Source: a virus
Taxonomy: Duplodnaviria > Caudoviricetes
DNA: 43,455 nucleotides
Strand: one strand, 5' to 3'
Virus record (IMG/VR): IMGVR_UViG_3300037692_000102
Span: 1 to 43,455 of that record
Shown: positions 41,846-43,455 of the stretch, in pieces
Layout of the letters: the number at the start of each line of letters is the position of its first letter
How positions within the stretch are numbered: position 1 is the first letter of the stretch
Notes under the pieces: model-generated
What the model was told of the DNA's origin: nothing
Databases searched by the model: none
What the model saw: the letters and a program-made list of their open reading frames with translations, nothing else
Made by a program: the position numbers and the translations under genes

Positions 41846-42664
41846 ATGAACGCAGTCACGGAATTCAAAGCGCTACCGCGTACCTCGCTGGTTGCGCGCA
41901 TGGCCGAACGCTTCGGCGTAGACCCGGACAAGATGTTGATCACGCTGAGGGCGACAGCTTTCAAGGGCGACGTGAGCAACGAGCAAATGATGGCCTTGAT
42001 GGTCGTCGCCGAACAACATGGCCTAAATCCTTGGACGAAGGAAATATACGCTTTCCCCGATTCTCGCAACGGCATCGTCCCGGTGGTCGGTGTGGATGGC
42101 TGGTCGCGCATCATCAACGATCACCCGCAGTTCAACGGGATGGATTTCGAGGAAGCCGAGGATGGCTCGCGCATAAAATGCACCATTCACCGCAAGGACC
42201 GTGCGCACCCGATCAGCATCACGGAATGGCTTAGCGAGTGCAAGCGCGACACTCAGCCGTGGAAGTCTCACCCACGCCGTATGCTGCGCCATAAGGCGCT
42301 CATACAGTGCGCGCGCGTTGCGTTCGGGTTCTCTGGTATCTACGACCCTGACGAAGCCGAGCGCATCGTAGAAACGATCTCTGTAGACGCTAAGCGTATA
42401 GATCCGCGCGGCGATCTGTCAGGCGTCGATAACGAGATGGTGATGGACCGCTACTCCACCATTGTCGATCTACTGAACCAAGACAAGGAGACGCACGAGA
42501 TCGCAGAGGATTTGCGGCAGTACGAAGCTGAGTTCCTTCAGCCTTTCGCGGAACTGTATGTGAGCGTTCTCGACAAGCTCGCGCGCGAGAAAATCATCAC
42601 GAAAAGCAAGTGGAAGGAATACCTGAAGATCAGCCTGGACCGTGGCGAGACTCACACGTCATGA
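41846..42664 (+). CDS. bet: Phage recombination protein Bet (Red-beta family; allele B)
   Basis: LRATAFKG...GLNPWTKEIYAFP...IVPVVGVDGWSRIINDHPQFNG...PWKSHPRRMLRHKALIQCARVAFG. Confidence 0.95.
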   Translation: MNAVTEFKALPRTSLVARMAERFGVDPDKMLITLRATAFKGDVSNEQMMALMVVAEQHGLNPWTKEIYAFPDSRNGIVPVVGVDGWSRIINDHPQFNGMDFEEAEDGSRIKCTIHRKDRAHPISITEWLSECKRDTQPWKSHPRRMLRHKALIQCARVAFGFSGIYDPDEAERIVETISVDAKRIDPRGDLSGVDNEMVMDRYSTIVDLLNQDKETHEIAEDLRQYEAEFLQPFAELYVSVLDKLAREKIITKSKWKEYLKISLDRGETHTS

Positions 42665-42831
42665 ACGCCAGTCGCCGCGCAGGCCGGCCCCGCAAAGTGA
42701 CGGATGAAGCCGTGAAGCGACTTCTGGAATGGAAGCCGTTGACCGAGGTTGCGCGCGAACTAGGCATCAGCGCAAAGATGGCCTATGTCATCCGCGGCGG
42801 GCGATATTCATTTAAGCAGCCGAGCCCGTAA
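42661..42831 (+). CDS. Small HTH protein (allele B only)
   Basis: GRPRKVT...LTEVARELGISAKMAY; ATGA and TAATG coupling. Confidence 0.7.
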   Translation: MNASRRAGRPRKVTDEAVKRLLEWKPLTEVARELGISAKMAYVIRGGRYSFKQPSP

Positions 42832-43247
42832 TGGACATCTTCCTTACCAAGACACTGAATGGACTTGCTGCCTCAGATGAAGAGGGTAAGCAAGTTCTCA
42901 AGCGCTGGAAGATCGGCGAGACGCTGAAGTGCTCGGTGAAGAAGCCGCGTAGCTACAAGAATCACAAGCACTATTTCGGGCTGCTGAATCTCACCTATGA
43001 GAATCAGGATCGGTACACCAACTTCGAGCACTTCAGGAAAGCAGTGCAGATCGCCGCCGGGCACGTTGACGAGCTGATAACCCTGGAAGGTGAAGTCGTA
43101 CTCATTCCAAAGAGCATCGCCTACGACGCATTGGACGAGATGGAGTTCGGAAAGGTCTTCAGCGAGACGATGACCGTATGCGCCAAGATACTTGGCGACC
43201 TGGATCTGCGCGAGCTGGAAAACGAGGTGGCGCGCTATGCGGCATAG
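42831..43247 (+). CDS. DUF1367-like (NinB-related) protein (allele B only)
   Basis: KIGE.L...KKPRSYKNHKHYFGLL...I.AGH...IPKSIAYDALDEMEF. Confidence 0.75.
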   Translation: MDIFLTKTLNGLAASDEEGKQVLKRWKIGETLKCSVKKPRSYKNHKHYFGLLNLTYENQDRYTNFEHFRKAVQIAAGHVDELITLEGEVVLIPKSIAYDALDEMEFGKVFSETMTVCAKILGDLDLRELENEVARYAA

Positions 43248-43455
43248 CACCTCGACGCCAACCAAGGCCCAGCAAGCCCGTCTCGACGCGCTTCACGCCA
43301 TGCCCTGCATCGCATGCACGAAAGAAGCCGAGTTCGCCAGCAAGCGCGGTGAACTTCGTCTTGGCCAGCCAGGAAAAACTGAAATTCATCATCTCGTTGA
43401 TAAGGGTTATCGGATTCACTCAGGCGGCCATGACGCGACGCTGAATCTTTGTCGC
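43237..43455 (+). CDS. Ref-like nuclease, 3' partial (allele B)
   Basis: MRHSTSTPTKAQQARLDALHAMPCIAC..., homologous to 898..1284. Confidence 0.8.
   Translation, partial: MRHSTSTPTKAQQARLDALHAMPCIACTKEAEFASKRGELRLGQPGKTEIHHLVDKGYRIHSGGHDATLNLCR

Larger units (their letters stand above)
1..43455. mobile_element. Complete (circularly permuted) tailed bacteriophage genome, podovirus-type, lambdoid-like gene order
   Basis: Terminase small/large, P22-like portal, scaffold, N4-gp56-like capsid, adaptor, nozzle, tailspike and ejection genes are present with no tape measure or sheath. The ends overlap (base 1 = 42219; base 1116 = 43455). No host genes. Confidence 0.95.
42219..43455 (+). repeat. Terminal duplication, allele B (partner 1-1116), 121 bp longer
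   Basis: The offset is 42218 at the left flank and 42339 at the right flank. Confidence 0.95.

Overview
The window is an apparently complete, circularly permuted genome of a GC-rich, P22/N4-gp56-type podophage, probably infecting a proteobacterium. The unit length is about 42.2-42.3 kb. Its two ends (1-1116 and 42219-43455) are the same locus but carry different alleles, swapping the Bet C-terminus and NinB for a different Bet C-terminus, a small HTH gene and DUF1367. A symmetric four-operator divergent switch (38038-38300) drives two arms. The plus-strand early arm holds Bet, NinB/DUF1367, a Ref-like nuclease, a FecI-like ECF sigma factor, a DNA methyltransferase and about 30 small mosaic ORFs. 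The minus-strand arm holds a Cro-like HTH, a truncated CII-like gene, an RNase H-like protein, a structured non-coding region, a DnaT-like protein and a PD-(D/E)XK nuclease. It continues through a secreted FN3 protein, terminase, portal, scaffold, capsid, two paralogous decoration proteins, tail and ejection proteins, and small membrane proteins. The most notable element is a five-enzyme cluster between the capsid and tail genes: a TPR/GT9-like glycosyltransferase, a methyltransferase, two GT-A glycosyltransferases and a sulfotransferase. The surrounding virion proteins share an S-L-S-(A/S/D) motif, suggesting a virion glycosylation/sulfation system. Two tail proteins carry apparent Sec signal peptides. 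I recognised no endolysin, integrase, CI repressor, helicase or primase. All family assignments come from motif recognition by eye, with no database searches.
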